Below, piece by piece: positions 1 to 8,818 of a stretch of 24,000 bases of DNA. The translations under genes were made by a program, and so were the position numbers. How positions within the stretch are numbered: position 1 is the first letter of the stretch; each line of letters opens with the position of its first letter. The notes under the pieces were generated by a model. That model made no database searches and had not been told where the DNA came from. It was given only the letters and a program-made list of their open reading frames with translations. The stretch is from Promethearchaeota archaeon (lineage in GTDB: Archaea; Asgardarchaeota; Thorarchaeia; Thorarchaeales; Thorarchaeaceae): the NCBI GenBank assembly GCA_048940045.1, contig JBHLOX010000018.1:148-24147 (forward strand), written 5' to 3'.

Positions 1-267
1 GGACCCTCCCTTGAAATGGTTCGAAGTGTACTTGGCTATGGGGTTGTGACTATATTCGTTGAGTCTCCAGGTTCTCCTGGTATTCTATCCGAAGTCACAA
101 CCATGATAGCAGGATATGGTATTCCAATTCGGCAGGTCCTCGCCGAGGATGTAGCAATCTATCAGAATCCTTGTTTGAAGGTGATTACAGAAGAGCCTCT
201 ACCGGGGAGAGTCATAGAAACCCTTGCTGATATTAAGGGAGTTAGGAAAGTGATTATTGACAAGTGA
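1..267 (+). CDS. ACT-domain regulatory protein, C-terminal fragment (5' end outside window)
   Basis: Frame 1 is open from base 1 to the stop at 265-267. The sequence GVVTIFVESPGSPGILSEVTTMIAGYGIPIRQVLAEDV...LKVITEEPLPGRVIETLADIKGVRKVII has the beta-alpha-beta-beta-alpha-beta look of an ACT ligand-binding domain, as in small archaeal COG2150-type regulators. The assignment rests on pattern only. Confidence 0.5.
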   Translation, partial: GPSLEMVRSVLGYGVVTIFVESPGSPGILSEVTTMIAGYGIPIRQVLAEDVAIYQNPCLKVITEEPLPGRVIETLADIKGVRKVIIDK

Positions 268-331
268 TTACGCATCCGAATTACGAAGCTTGAAAAGGTT
301 AAGCAGCTGCGAGCGATAGAGTGAATTCTAG

Positions 332-1609
332 ATGGACCCTGAAACTGAAGTGACCAAACCTGTTTTGAATGGGCAAGATATTGAAACTGATGAGAAACCG
401 GGTGGGATGTATCAGGTTTGGATGCTAGCGATTTCATTAAGTATTCTTCAGATTGGCTTTGGTATTGTCACTCCGATTTTTCCGTTCTACATCGAATCCT
501 TAGGAATGGCAGGAATTGAACTAGGGGTTCTTGCGGCATCATTTGCGATTGCGCGAATCATTTTTGCTGGGCCATTAGGTGGTCTTTCGGATAGAGTGGG
601 TAGAAAACCCATTTTGCTGGCGTCACTACTTGGTTTTGCGGCTGCGAACTTTGTCTACGCCTTTGCATATGATGTTATAGTTATGATTTCAGCTCGCGCT
701 CTTGAAGGGGCTGTATCTGCTGGTTTTTTTCCAGCGGCTAATGCGTTCGTATCTGATCTGACTTCTATAAAGAACAGAGGCACTGCAATGGGATATCTCA
801 GTATGGGCAACATGGTGGGTTTTATTGTCGGTCCAGCACTGGGTGGATTTCTAGCGCAATTTCTTGGAATTCGAATGCCTTTCATCTTAGCTGCAATTGC
901 CACACTTGTTACAATGATTTTCGTCCAGGTCCTAGTTAAGGAACCCGTGAGGAAAAAAATCAAAGAGGTCATCCCTAAGGTTCCTATTCGAGTTATAGTC
1001 GCCCGAGCTCGAAGGAGCTATGGAATACTAGGAATGGCAATGTTTGCCAACATGTTTGCAATGGGCATCCTTGAAGTTGCATTCTTGCTTGATGCTGTTG
1101 TCAATCTCGGTGTGGAGCCATATGAGATTGGGACATTCTTCGGTATTATTGGAATCACTATGATGATAGGAAATGTAGGATTCGGCAAACTATCAGACAT
1201 CCGTGGAAGAAAATGGTTGATCGTGATTGGAGCTATGGTTGGTGCTCTCTCGCTGGTTATGTTCATCTATGCTGCAAATACAATAGATCTTCTGATTGCA
1301 GGTATTGTCCTCTCAATTGGAATGTCTATGAGAGGCCCAGCAATTCAAGCGCTAATTGCTGATGTTACAGATCCTTCCGCTTATGGGACAATGATGGGAG
1401 TGTTTGGTGCAGTCAGCAATAGTGCATATGCAGTCAGTCCACTCATCGGTGGTCAGACATTCGATCAGACTGGTTCTGCGGCATTAAGTTTGATCCTCGC
1501 GAGCTGTGTTTCAGTGGGCGGTGGTGTGGCCGCAGTCTTCCTTCCTAGTGATACTGGACAGGAGAGCCACGTAACCAAACCTGAAACTGGTGATATCGAA
1601 CTAACTTGA
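332..1609 (+). CDS. MFS (major facilitator superfamily) transporter
   Basis: 425 aa with a hydrophobic profile of about 12 TM segments. An MFS motif-A-like loop GPLGGLSDRVGRKP sits in the first half, and a second copy, FGKLSDIRGRKW, in the second half. The start is ATG. Confidence 0.85.
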   Translation: MDPETEVTKPVLNGQDIETDEKPGGMYQVWMLAISLSILQIGFGIVTPIFPFYIESLGMAGIELGVLAASFAIARIIFAGPLGGLSDRVGRKPILLASLLGFAAANFVYAFAYDVIVMISARALEGAVSAGFFPAANAFVSDLTSIKNRGTAMGYLSMGNMVGFIVGPALGGFLAQFLGIRMPFILAAIATLVTMIFVQVLVKEPVRKKIKEVIPKVPIRVIVARARRSYGILGMAMFANMFAMGILEVAFLLDAVVNLGVEPYEIGTFFGIIGITMMIGNVGFGKLSDIRGRKWLIVIGAMVGALSLVMFIYAANTIDLLIAGIVLSIGMSMRGPAIQALIADVTDPSAYGTMMGVFGAVSNSAYAVSPLIGGQTFDQTGSAALSLILASCVSVGGGVAAVFLPSDTGQESHVTKPETGDIELT

Positions 1610-1619
1610 AGCCCTGCTT

Positions 1620-2459
1620 CTAGACAATTGTTGCGGCAACATATGCAACAACACTTGAATGGTCTTTGGTTATGTCTCCAGAGGTTGTATATTTCAACAC
1701 GTTGAACTGTGTCGCTCCTCTCTCCTTAGCAAAGACCATTGCTGCCGCAATTGGTCCAGCGCCACAAATACTCACTCTATGACCTTGCACAAAGGACAGG
1801 AATCCCTTCGGGTCTAAGAAATCCAGATACTCCATGGCCTGATTATCTTTCTTTTTTGCACTTTCAGCAGACTCAAAGTGGGTGAAGTCAGAGCTCGCAA
1901 TGACGAGGATATCCATCTCATCTGCCAGTTTCGCAATGGTCTTACCAATCGACTCGCAAACCGCGTAAGATTGATCTGAGATGCAGATGGGTACAAAGCT
2001 CACACCAGGTCCAATTGTGAATTGCAGAAATGGTACCTGAACCTCAAGGGAATGCTCACTGCTGTGTGCAATGCAATCATTGGTGGCGAACTCATCCTCC
2101 TCAACAATTGCCGCTCCTAGAACACCATCGAATTGTGCAATTCCGAGCGGAGTCTGCCAATCATCGTTACATACAGCTAATCTTGCACCCACACCTGTGT
2201 GATTTGGTCCGAGCATAACTATGTGATCTGGAATCCCATCCTCAAATATACTCAGGTATGTATGGGCTGCTGGCATCCCTGAGTACATATACCCCGCGTG
2301 AGGTGTGATTACCGCTTTTAGAGACCTTGTGGAACCAGGTTCTCCCTCTGGAAGTTTACCAGGTCCTAATGACCCCAAGAAGCAGTTCTTCAACCGCTCT
2401 TGAAGTAAGTCCTCTTTTCCTTCATAGAAACGTCCTGCGACAACTGGCATTCGCACCAT
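1620..2459 (-). CDS. MEMO1-family protein (AmmeMemoRadiSam system protein B type)
   Basis: Family motifs are MPVVAGRFYEG, ITPHAGYMYSG, LGPNHTG, EHSLEVQVPFL and SSDFTHF. The ORF track starts at 2528, but homologues begin at M-x-R-x-P-x-VAG-FY, so I place the start at the ATG at 2459 (MVRMPVVAGRFY). The ATG at 2450 is an alternative. Confidence 0.85.
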   Translation of the reverse strand: MVRMPVVAGRFYEGKEDLLQERLKNCFLGSLGPGKLPEGEPGSTRSLKAVITPHAGYMYSGMPAAHTYLSIFEDGIPDHIVMLGPNHTGVGARLAVCNDDWQTPLGIAQFDGVLGAAIVEEDEFATNDCIAHSSEHSLEVQVPFLQFTIGPGVSFVPICISDQSYAVCESIGKTIAKLADEMDILVIASSDFTHFESAESAKKKDNQAMEYLDFLDPKGFLSFVQGHRVSICGAGPIAAAMVFAKERGATQFNVLKYTTSGDITKDHSSVVAYVAATIV

Positions 2460-2543
2460 AGTAATCCCACGGACACCATAGTAACACCCTGAGAAAAGGG
2501 TTTGGTCTCTTGGAATTACTTGCCCCAAGAGATCCGACTCAGA

Positions 2544-3857
2544 CTATTCCTTGCCGAGAGCTTGGAGAATATATCCAACTAGATCTTTAGTCTTGACCAG
2601 TTCAGTTTCTTTAGAGGTCATGTTTCGGACACTGATCTGATCCTTAGAGAGGTCTCTCTCTCCCACAATGACAGTGAACTTTGCATTCCTCAAATCTGCT
2701 TGTTCAAGAAGCCTCTTCAATGGCCGTTCCATCAAATCAACTTCACAAGACACACCAGCCCGAACAAGCATCGTCTGAAAAGATGTGGCATATCTCACCA
2801 TGGAGCGTTTTATTGGAGCGATGAAGACATCGAGCTGCCTCCTCAGCTCCTTTCCAGTCCCTCTGGCAAGAACCACCTCAATCAATCTTCCAATACCCAG
2901 GGAAATGCCAGTAGCTGGGGTTGTTTGACCTCCAAACTTTTCAATAAGATTGTCATAGCGTCCACCTCCAAGGATAGAACCTACAACTGGCTTTCCAAGA
3001 TATCTTCCTTCAAAGACAGGACCTGTGTAGTAATCGAGACCTCGAGCAAGTGACATGTCAAACTCAATCCACTCGTCGACACCGCTCTCCTCAAAGATCT
3101 CAGCCATCAAACTGAGCTCATCAACGCCCCCGATTCCAATCGCTGAACCCTTGAGGAGACCTCGGAACTTGTCAAGAGCCTTTAAACCACTACCCTTGAT
3201 TGTTATCGCATCTATCAGGAAGCTGCTCTGATCCTCTCCAATGCCTCTTTCCTCAAGTTCTTTCAGGACTCCTTCCTTACCAATTTTGTCCAACTTGTCG
3301 ATTGCTCTGAAGCACTCAAATGCTAGCTCATCAGGAACTCCAGCTTTTTCTGTCATCCCGCGGAGGACTTTGCGGTTATTGATTCTAATCATATAGTCTG
3401 TGCCAAGAACACGCTTTAGAAACTCAAGCGCAATGAGAACAACCTCTGCATCAGCTGCTGGACTTGGAGTCCCTACAACATCAACATCAGCTTGTTCAAA
3501 TTCACGATATCGTCCTGCTTGAGGTCTATCGTACCTCCATGCCTTTCCAAGTGCATAACGCTTGAAGGGTTTCGGCAAATGCGGATTTGTAGCTACAATC
3601 CTCGCAAGAGGGACAGTAAGGTCGAAACGCAAACCTACCGCTCGTTCACCTTTATCTGTGAACTTGAAAGTTTCAGCCTCTACCTCTTCTCCACCTTTTG
3701 CCGACAATGTTTCCCAGAGTTCCATCACAGGCGAGTCCAAGGGCTCGTATCCATAAAGCTCAAAGATCTCCACCGCTGTAGACATGAGGTAGTTTCTGAC
3801 TTCCATTTCAGGACCCATGAGGTCTCTCATACCCCTGACTGTTCTCATCTCACTCAT
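2544..3857 (-). CDS. hisS: Histidine--tRNA ligase (class II HisRS)
   Basis: Motifs are RGMRDL near the N-terminus, LRFDLTVPLAR, the class II motif 2 region RYREFEQADVDVVG, GGGRYDNLI, and a C-terminal anticodon-binding domain. The track start at 3887 is a GTG. The ATG at 3857 (MSEMRTVRGMRD) has GGAGGA (complement of 3864-3869) 6 nt upstream, so I chose it. Confidence 0.95.
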   Translation of the reverse strand: MSEMRTVRGMRDLMGPEMEVRNYLMSTAVEIFELYGYEPLDSPVMELWETLSAKGGEEVEAETFKFTDKGERAVGLRFDLTVPLARIVATNPHLPKPFKRYALGKAWRYDRPQAGRYREFEQADVDVVGTPSPAADAEVVLIALEFLKRVLGTDYMIRINNRKVLRGMTEKAGVPDELAFECFRAIDKLDKIGKEGVLKELEERGIGEDQSSFLIDAITIKGSGLKALDKFRGLLKGSAIGIGGVDELSLMAEIFEESGVDEWIEFDMSLARGLDYYTGPVFEGRYLGKPVVGSILGGGRYDNLIEKFGGQTTPATGISLGIGRLIEVVLARGTGKELRRQLDVFIAPIKRSMVRYATSFQTMLVRAGVSCEVDLMERPLKRLLEQADLRNAKFTVIVGERDLSKDQISVRNMTSKETELVKTKDLVGYILQALGKE

Positions 3858-4004
3858 TGATAGTCCTCCAGAATTCGTATCGGTCACAGGTAGAGTTGGC
3901 GGAGGTTACACTAAGGCTATTCGATTGGATGAACAAATCCACCAACTATCATGTTTGTCACCAACAGCGTGTCTGGTTTTTTCTTCTTTAAGTCTTGTGT
4001 TGAA

Positions 4005-5327
4005 CTACCAAACTAAAAGTCCGAATGATAGCAGCAGCAGGTAGAACATGAATATCCCCCCAATGATGACTGAATCACGTGCAACTTTTTTCAATAGCAT
4101 GGTCTGTCTATCAGCAAGGTAGACGTAAAACATCTTGTTCAGAACAGACATTGTCGTCGCGATGATAACGGCATAGGCTGCAACTGAAACACCTAGTTCT
4201 CCTACGAAGAATAAAGTAGCAATACTGGCCACTACAGCGCCTGCTGACACAAACCCACCAATTATTGCTGCGACGAAGAGACCAGTGTCACTGAATGTTT
4301 CAGTGAGAACTAATTGCACAAGATACACTATAGCGAATACTACAGCAAAGCGTATAGCTGCTCCAAACTCAAATGGCGAAACCAGTTTTGTATCGAACAT
4401 TTGCTCATTTGTTCTATCTTCCGATCGTTCCTCGACAATAATTCGGATCATTGTGACTATAATGATAGCCAAGATTGGTATCAAATATAGACCGATTAGT
4501 CTAAAGGTTGTATCCAGAATGATAAGGAGAAATCCATTTCGTACAACCATAGCTACATTCGCAAGAATGACTGACAAGGATATCATGCCAGAACCTCTGC
4601 GCTCTGAATTAACATAGAAGTGTGTGACACTTGAAGTCGCAGCTTCACTGTTCGCCAAGCCACCAAAAAACCCGAAGAAGTAGACACCTCGATCCTTGAA
4701 TTTCTTGACCAGTAGATAATTCGCGAAACTGATGGACAATAATATAACAATAAGGAAATAGATTGTGAAGAGGGGATACTCTATTGTTCCAAGCATGACT
4801 GTTTCCGGTATCAAAGGCCAAAGAAACAGAATGATAACTCCTAGTTCGACTGCACTAATCATCTCATCGCGTGAAATTACCTCAACAGCGTGAGCGAGTT
4901 CCTCCTTGAACCAAAGAACTACAAACACACCAAATGACACAGTCATTGCCAGAACTCCAGGAGTTCCCAAGACTTGGCCTGGTGCAGGAGAATCCAGTCC
5001 TACAATAACGCCAAGTACGAATGAGATAGCAAAAACCAATGGCGTCGTCAGTCCCTTACCCTCAGCTCGGAACATCTTGTAGTATATCTGTGCTGTTATG
5101 AGAATACTTGAGATAGCAATCGCATAGACCAAAATGACAGGTTCACCAATAATCTGAGTCGAGTATGCTGCAAGCGTGCCGAACAGACTATGAAGGCCAA
5201 ATGAACGTACACCTACAATCCTTACAGCTTCCAATTTCTTCTGACGTTCTAACCCAATCAAAGCACCTACTGCAAATCCGAGTAATGTCTTCACGATTAA
5301 ATCTGCACTAGGTAGCAACACCTGCAT
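4005..5327 (-). CDS. MgtC/SapB-family membrane protein with long multi-TM C-terminal extension (DUF4010-like architecture)
   Basis: The N-terminus LLGFAVGALIGLERQ...VGVRSFGLHSLFG matches the MgtC pattern, and 440 aa of TM helices follow. GGTGA lies 6 nt upstream of the ATG at 5327. Confidence 0.7.
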   Translation of the reverse strand: MQVLLPSADLIVKTLLGFAVGALIGLERQKKLEAVRIVGVRSFGLHSLFGTLAAYSTQIIGEPVILVYAIAISSILITAQIYYKMFRAEGKGLTTPLVFAISFVLGVIVGLDSPAPGQVLGTPGVLAMTVSFGVFVVLWFKEELAHAVEVISRDEMISAVELGVIILFLWPLIPETVMLGTIEYPLFTIYFLIVILLSISFANYLLVKKFKDRGVYFFGFFGGLANSEAATSSVTHFYVNSERRGSGMISLSVILANVAMVVRNGFLLIILDTTFRLIGLYLIPILAIIIVTMIRIIVEERSEDRTNEQMFDTKLVSPFEFGAAIRFAVVFAIVYLVQLVLTETFSDTGLFVAAIIGGFVSAGAVVASIATLFFVGELGVSVAAYAVIIATTMSVLNKMFYVYLADRQTMLLKKVARDSVIIGGIFMFYLLLLSFGLLVW

Positions 5328-5400
5328 TTACACTCACCACTTGGAGAAGTAAAGAAGTAGGGTCTGCTTTTAAGACATCGTATGATTGCATAACGTTTCG

Positions 5401-5445
5401 TTTGAAAAATAGTAAGCGACGAGGCTGGTACTAGTCCAACCTCGT
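5401..5445 (-). terminator. Hairpin + T-run downstream of rpoK
   Basis: A 6-bp stem (ACGAGG 5419-5424 with CCTCGT 5440-5445) overlaps the rpoK stop codon. On the minus strand it is followed by cgcttactatttttcaaa. Confidence 0.4.
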
Positions 5446-6111
5446 GTTCTTCAAAAGTATTGACAACGGTATGTCATAGCTCAATCCTGTGGGAAGAGTC
5501 CTTCGAACAGTCATCGGCAGAACACCAGATCGAAGCTCAGCCTCTGCGAAACTAAATCGTCCCCTAGGCGCTGTCTTTGTATCAATTAGCACTGGTGCAC
5601 CCATGGAAATCTGGAGAGCTCGAGCACCGATAATGCGGGCTTTTTCGAACTTTGTCAGCCATTTCGGACCAACAGGAATTCCCATAGCTGCCTTCTCTTC
5701 ATCTAAACCAGTCACCAGTTTCTTACGTTCTTCCGCTTTGGCAATGGCTTCGATTGGGTCTAACTCATGTCTGTCTGGTTCCGGCTCAAGAGCCTTCTTC
5801 CTTTTCGACTTTGATTTACCACTTAGATCAACTTCCCCCGATTTAACCTTCTCAAGAAGACCAGCAGTTTCTTCAATAGTGGCTTCAGCTTTTGCGACAC
5901 TGAGTCCGGTAACTGCAGCTGCGAGTTCCTCCTTATCCGCTTCGACAACCTTCTCTAGTGTGTCAAATCCTGCAGCACCTAGTTTTTCTGCAGTCTTGGG
6001 TCCAACACCTGGAATGTTTGTCAATAGTGCCACTATGCTTTCAATAGTAGGCTCCTTGGATTCCTCTGGTTCTTTTTTGTCGTCTTTTTGTGGTTCAGAG
6101 TCTTTGGGCAT
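5431..6111 (-). CDS. rpoK: DNA-directed RNA polymerase subunit Rpo6/RpoK with N-terminal (HhH)2 extension
   Basis: The C-terminal ~80 aa are [27 protein letters not shown]...[14 protein letters not shown], the Rpo6/Rpb6/omega core. The N-terminal ~145 aa contain [52 protein letters not shown], a helix-hairpin-helix pair. AGGTG lies 6 nt upstream of the ATG at 6111, and the gap to the thermosome stop is only 36 nt. Confidence 0.8.
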   Translation of the reverse strand: MPKDSEPQKDDKKEPEESKEPTIESIVALLTNIPGVGPKTAEKLGAAGFDTLEKVVEADKEELAAAVTGLSVAKAEATIEETAGLLEKVKSGEVDLSGKSKSKRKKALEPEPDRHELDPIEAIAKAEERKKLVTGLDEEKAAMGIPVGPKWLTKFEKARIIGARALQISMGAPVLIDTKTAPRGRFSFAEAELRSGVLPMTVRRTLPTGLSYDIPLSILLKNTRLD

Positions 6112-6147
6112 GAGCTACACCTGATTCTGTTCTACGTTTGACTCTTT

Positions 6148-7782
6148 CTATTCGTCATCACCCATGTCGCCAGGGCCACCAGGTCCACCCATGTCAGGTG
6201 TACCTTTTGAGCTGATGACATCATCAATTTTCAGGATCATTTGAGCAGCCTCAGCTGCTGACATAACAATCTGCCGATTGACAATAGCTGATTCGACTAC
6301 ACGAGCTGCTTTCATGTCACCTACTTTACCCTTTGTGATGTTGATGCCATGATAGATGTTTCCATCAGTGTGAGCTTTCCTCAGATTGACAATCACATCA
6401 ATGGGATCAAGACCTGCATTCTCAGCAAGGGTGTTTGGTAGAGATTCGACCGCATCAGCAAATGCGTTTACTGCGTACTGTTCACGACCTTCAAGAGTGT
6501 CTGCATAGTCTCTGAGTTGTTTCGAGATCTCTGAGGCGAGTGCACCTCCACCATAGGTGACTGCAGGATGAATAACAACATCCCTCACAACGTAGAGTGC
6601 ATCATTCAAAGCACGGTCCACTTCATCAACGATGTGATCTGTTCCGCCTCGGACCAGGAGTGTGACAACGCTTGATTTTGGAGTGCCTTCAATGAACAAC
6701 ATCTTGTCATCACCGACATCCCTCTGCTCTACGAGCTTTGCTGTCCCTAAATCAGCAGCAGACATGTTTTGAATCTTGGATACTATGGTTGCACCAGTTG
6801 TCTTGTGCACACGCTCCACATCAGACTTCTTGATTCTCCTGACTGCTAGTATGCCTTCCTTAGCAAGATAGTGCTGAACGACATCATCAATGCCCTTCTG
6901 AGCAATAACTACATTCGCTCCAGCCTCGACAATCTTCTCGACCATACTCTTCAGCATGCGCTCCTCTTCATCGAGGAAACTCTGCATTGAGGTTGGATCA
7001 GTTATCGAGATCTTTGCATCAAATTCGGTCTTGGAAACCTCAAGGGCTGCTTCAATGAGAGCAATCTTGGCTCCCTGAACCTTCTTTGGCATACCTGCAT
7101 GGACAATCTCTTTGTCAAGCACCAGACCTTTCACAAGCTCAGTCCTATCGACTGGCATTCCTTCCTGCTTCTGACGAGGAATGTTGTCGACATCTAGTTC
7201 TTCATCCTCTGGTATGTCTTTCGCAATTGATAGAACAGCATCAACTACAATCTTTGCTAATAGATCTCTCGATCCAGCGACAAACTTGCTAGACATAGAG
7301 GTCTTTGCAACATCCATGAGGATCTTCTTGTAATCCTTATCCTCTGGGTCCACCTTCTCCTCAACCTGATCAATGACATCCAACGCTTTTTGAGTGGCCT
7401 TTCGATATCCACTGATTATAGTAGTTGGATGGATCTTCTGGTCAAGTAAGGTTTCGGCCTGCTTGAGCAAGTCACCTGTCAGAATAGCGGCTGTGGTTGT
7501 TCCATCACCCACCTCTGAGTCCACGGTCTTAGCGACCTCAATCACCATCTTGGCAGCAGGATGTGCAACATCCATCTCTTTCAGGATTGTTGCTCCATCG
7601 TTGCTGACTGTAATATCTCCGAAGCTATCAACGAGCATTTTATCCATCCCCTTAGGTCCAAGAGCGGACTTTACAGCCTCGGCAATCACGATAGCGGCCA
7701 TGATGTTATTTCTCTGAGCGTCACGGCCACGCGTTCTCTCGGTGTCTTCTTTAAGAACTATCACCGGTACCTGTTGACTCAT
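6148..7782 (-). CDS. ths: Thermosome subunit (group II chaperonin, CCT/TCP-1 family)
   Basis: Motifs are GPKGMDKML, VSNDGATILKEMDV, the ATP-binding GDGTTT, VRGGTDHIVDEVDRAL and a G/P/D-rich C-terminal tail. The track start at 7785 is a TTG. The adjacent ATG at 7782 has GGAGGA 8 nt upstream. Confidence 0.95.
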   Translation of the reverse strand: MSQQVPVIVLKEDTERTRGRDAQRNNIMAAIVIAEAVKSALGPKGMDKMLVDSFGDITVSNDGATILKEMDVAHPAAKMVIEVAKTVDSEVGDGTTTAAILTGDLLKQAETLLDQKIHPTTIISGYRKATQKALDVIDQVEEKVDPEDKDYKKILMDVAKTSMSSKFVAGSRDLLAKIVVDAVLSIAKDIPEDEELDVDNIPRQKQEGMPVDRTELVKGLVLDKEIVHAGMPKKVQGAKIALIEAALEVSKTEFDAKISITDPTSMQSFLDEEERMLKSMVEKIVEAGANVVIAQKGIDDVVQHYLAKEGILAVRRIKKSDVERVHKTTGATIVSKIQNMSAADLGTAKLVEQRDVGDDKMLFIEGTPKSSVVTLLVRGGTDHIVDEVDRALNDALYVVRDVVIHPAVTYGGGALASEISKQLRDYADTLEGREQYAVNAFADAVESLPNTLAENAGLDPIDVIVNLRKAHTDGNIYHGINITKGKVGDMKAARVVESAIVNRQIVMSAAEAAQMILKIDDVISSKGTPDMGGPGGPGDMGDDE

Positions 7783-7873
7783 CAATTAGTTCCTCCATTT
7801 CCTGGTCCGACTGTCAGTTAACATAATACTGACTGATTTTGACCAGTTCAAGAAAACTGTACATGCGCTTCGC

Positions 7874-7898
7874 GTAACTTTTAGTTTAAAAACGTTAC
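7874..7898 (-). promoter_or_regulatory. Candidate TATA box embedded in an imperfect palindrome upstream of the thermosome gene
   Basis: The minus strand reads GTAACGTTTTTAAACTAAAAGTTAC. The TATA-like TTTTTAAAC is flanked by the inverted repeat GTAAC...GTTAC, about 100 nt upstream of the thermosome ATG and immediately after the DUF89 stop. Confidence 0.3.
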
Positions 7899-7900
7899 TT

Positions 7901-8818
7901 TCAAGCAGTGATTTTCGGTCTTCGTAAAACAACATTGTCTCCTTTTTTGGCCCCTATTACCTGAGAGATGTGTGAACACTTAGCTTTAGTGATGTAGTAG
8001 GTTTCCACACCGGTTTCTCTTTGGATTGCAGGTACGGTTTCAATATTTGCTTGCCCTTTCGAAATCACAACATCGCTCTCAGACATAAGTTGAAGGAATT
8101 CTTTACTTACATATTCTATAGGTACACCATGAGCCCAGGCACCACTGCTGACGACTGTCGCAAGCTCTTCAATCTCAGTCCCGCGGATATCTTCCTCAGT
8201 AGCATCATTAATCATCGCATGTCCTTTAACGACGAATGTCGTTTCCCATCCCAAATCCTTCAAAAGCCGAAGAAATGGAATGTCAAAAATGACCTCTCCT
8301 GCATTATCGCCTATATAGAGGAGTTTGCCTTTTTGATCGTTGAGAGACCTCCACAAGAGTTCAGAGTCATCGATGGCGAATCCCTCTGCGAGTATTGTGT
8401 CGAACACTTCAACCAGAGCTCCTAAGTCTGGTTGGTGTTCCGCGGTGTTGTAATCAATGACATTTCCTGCAATAGACGCCGCAAGACATGCTTTAAGTTT
8501 TGAATATCCTTTGAAAGGCTTGATTTTCTTCTCGATTAGAGGTAGAGCTTTCAGGGCGGATTCGGTGCTTAGCTTTTTGATATCTACGTAGGGGTCTTCT
8601 ACGCCACCCATCTTATACAACTCTTGATAGAGCTGAATTGACAAGAGAATTGGAGGCTGGTTGTTCTTGTATCCCTCGGATATACGCCTGAATGCATACG
8701 AGAAGAGCTTGTTCTGCTCTTCTTCATCTTTGGCAAGAAGTGGAATTAGAGTCTTCAGACTATTCGCAATACAGGCAGAGCAGTCTGGAATAAGCGGGAC
8801 CTTGATCTGGTCACTCAT
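7901..8818 (-). CDS. DUF89 / ARMT1-like damage-control phosphatase family protein
   Basis: Motifs are the N-terminal CSACIANS, DPY..IK, AGNVIDY, GDNAGEVIFDIPFL and KGQANIET, which fit the COG1578-type DUF89 pattern. The start overlaps the stop of the upstream acetyltransferase gene by 8 nt (ATGAGTGA). Confidence 0.8.
   Translation of the reverse strand: MSDQIKVPLIPDCSACIANSLKTLIPLLAKDEEEQNKLFSYAFRRISEGYKNNQPPILLSIQLYQELYKMGGVEDPYVDIKKLSTESALKALPLIEKKIKPFKGYSKLKACLAASIAGNVIDYNTAEHQPDLGALVEVFDTILAEGFAIDDSELLWRSLNDQKGKLLYIGDNAGEVIFDIPFLRLLKDLGWETTFVVKGHAMINDATEEDIRGTEIEELATVVSSGAWAHGVPIEYVSKEFLQLMSESDVVISKGQANIETVPAIQRETGVETYYITKAKCSHISQVIGAKKGDNVVLRRPKITA

Noticed and set aside
17-30. T-arm-like strings occur at several places: ggttcgaag here, atcgaatcc near 490 and gttcgagacc near 11480. 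I checked them as possible tRNA genes.
   Set aside because: None is followed by the expected TCC/acceptor complement or preceded by a D-arm or anticodon-arm. All lie inside well-supported CDSs.
2460-2528. A 23-codon N-terminal extension of the Memo gene, and the TTG starts at 7785 (thermosome) and 15100 (GT-C), appear in the ORF track.
   Set aside because: Family N-termini and SD placement favour the downstream ATGs at 2459, 7782 and 15115. The extensions have no supporting signal.
3858-3887. A GTG-initiated 10-codon N-terminal extension of hisS appears in the ORF track.
   Set aside because: The ATG at 3857 is preceded by GGAGGA at optimal spacing and yields the conserved N-terminus. The extension would place that SD inside the coding region.
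5489-6124. A 211-codon ORF on the + strand covers almost the entire rpoK gene in antisense.
   Set aside because: Its product is low-complexity and Ser/Ala/Pro-rich, with no recognisable motif or start context. The sense strand encodes clear HhH and Rpo6 motifs. The stop-free antisense frame is explained by the GAA/GAG/AAG/GCx-rich codon usage of the sense gene.
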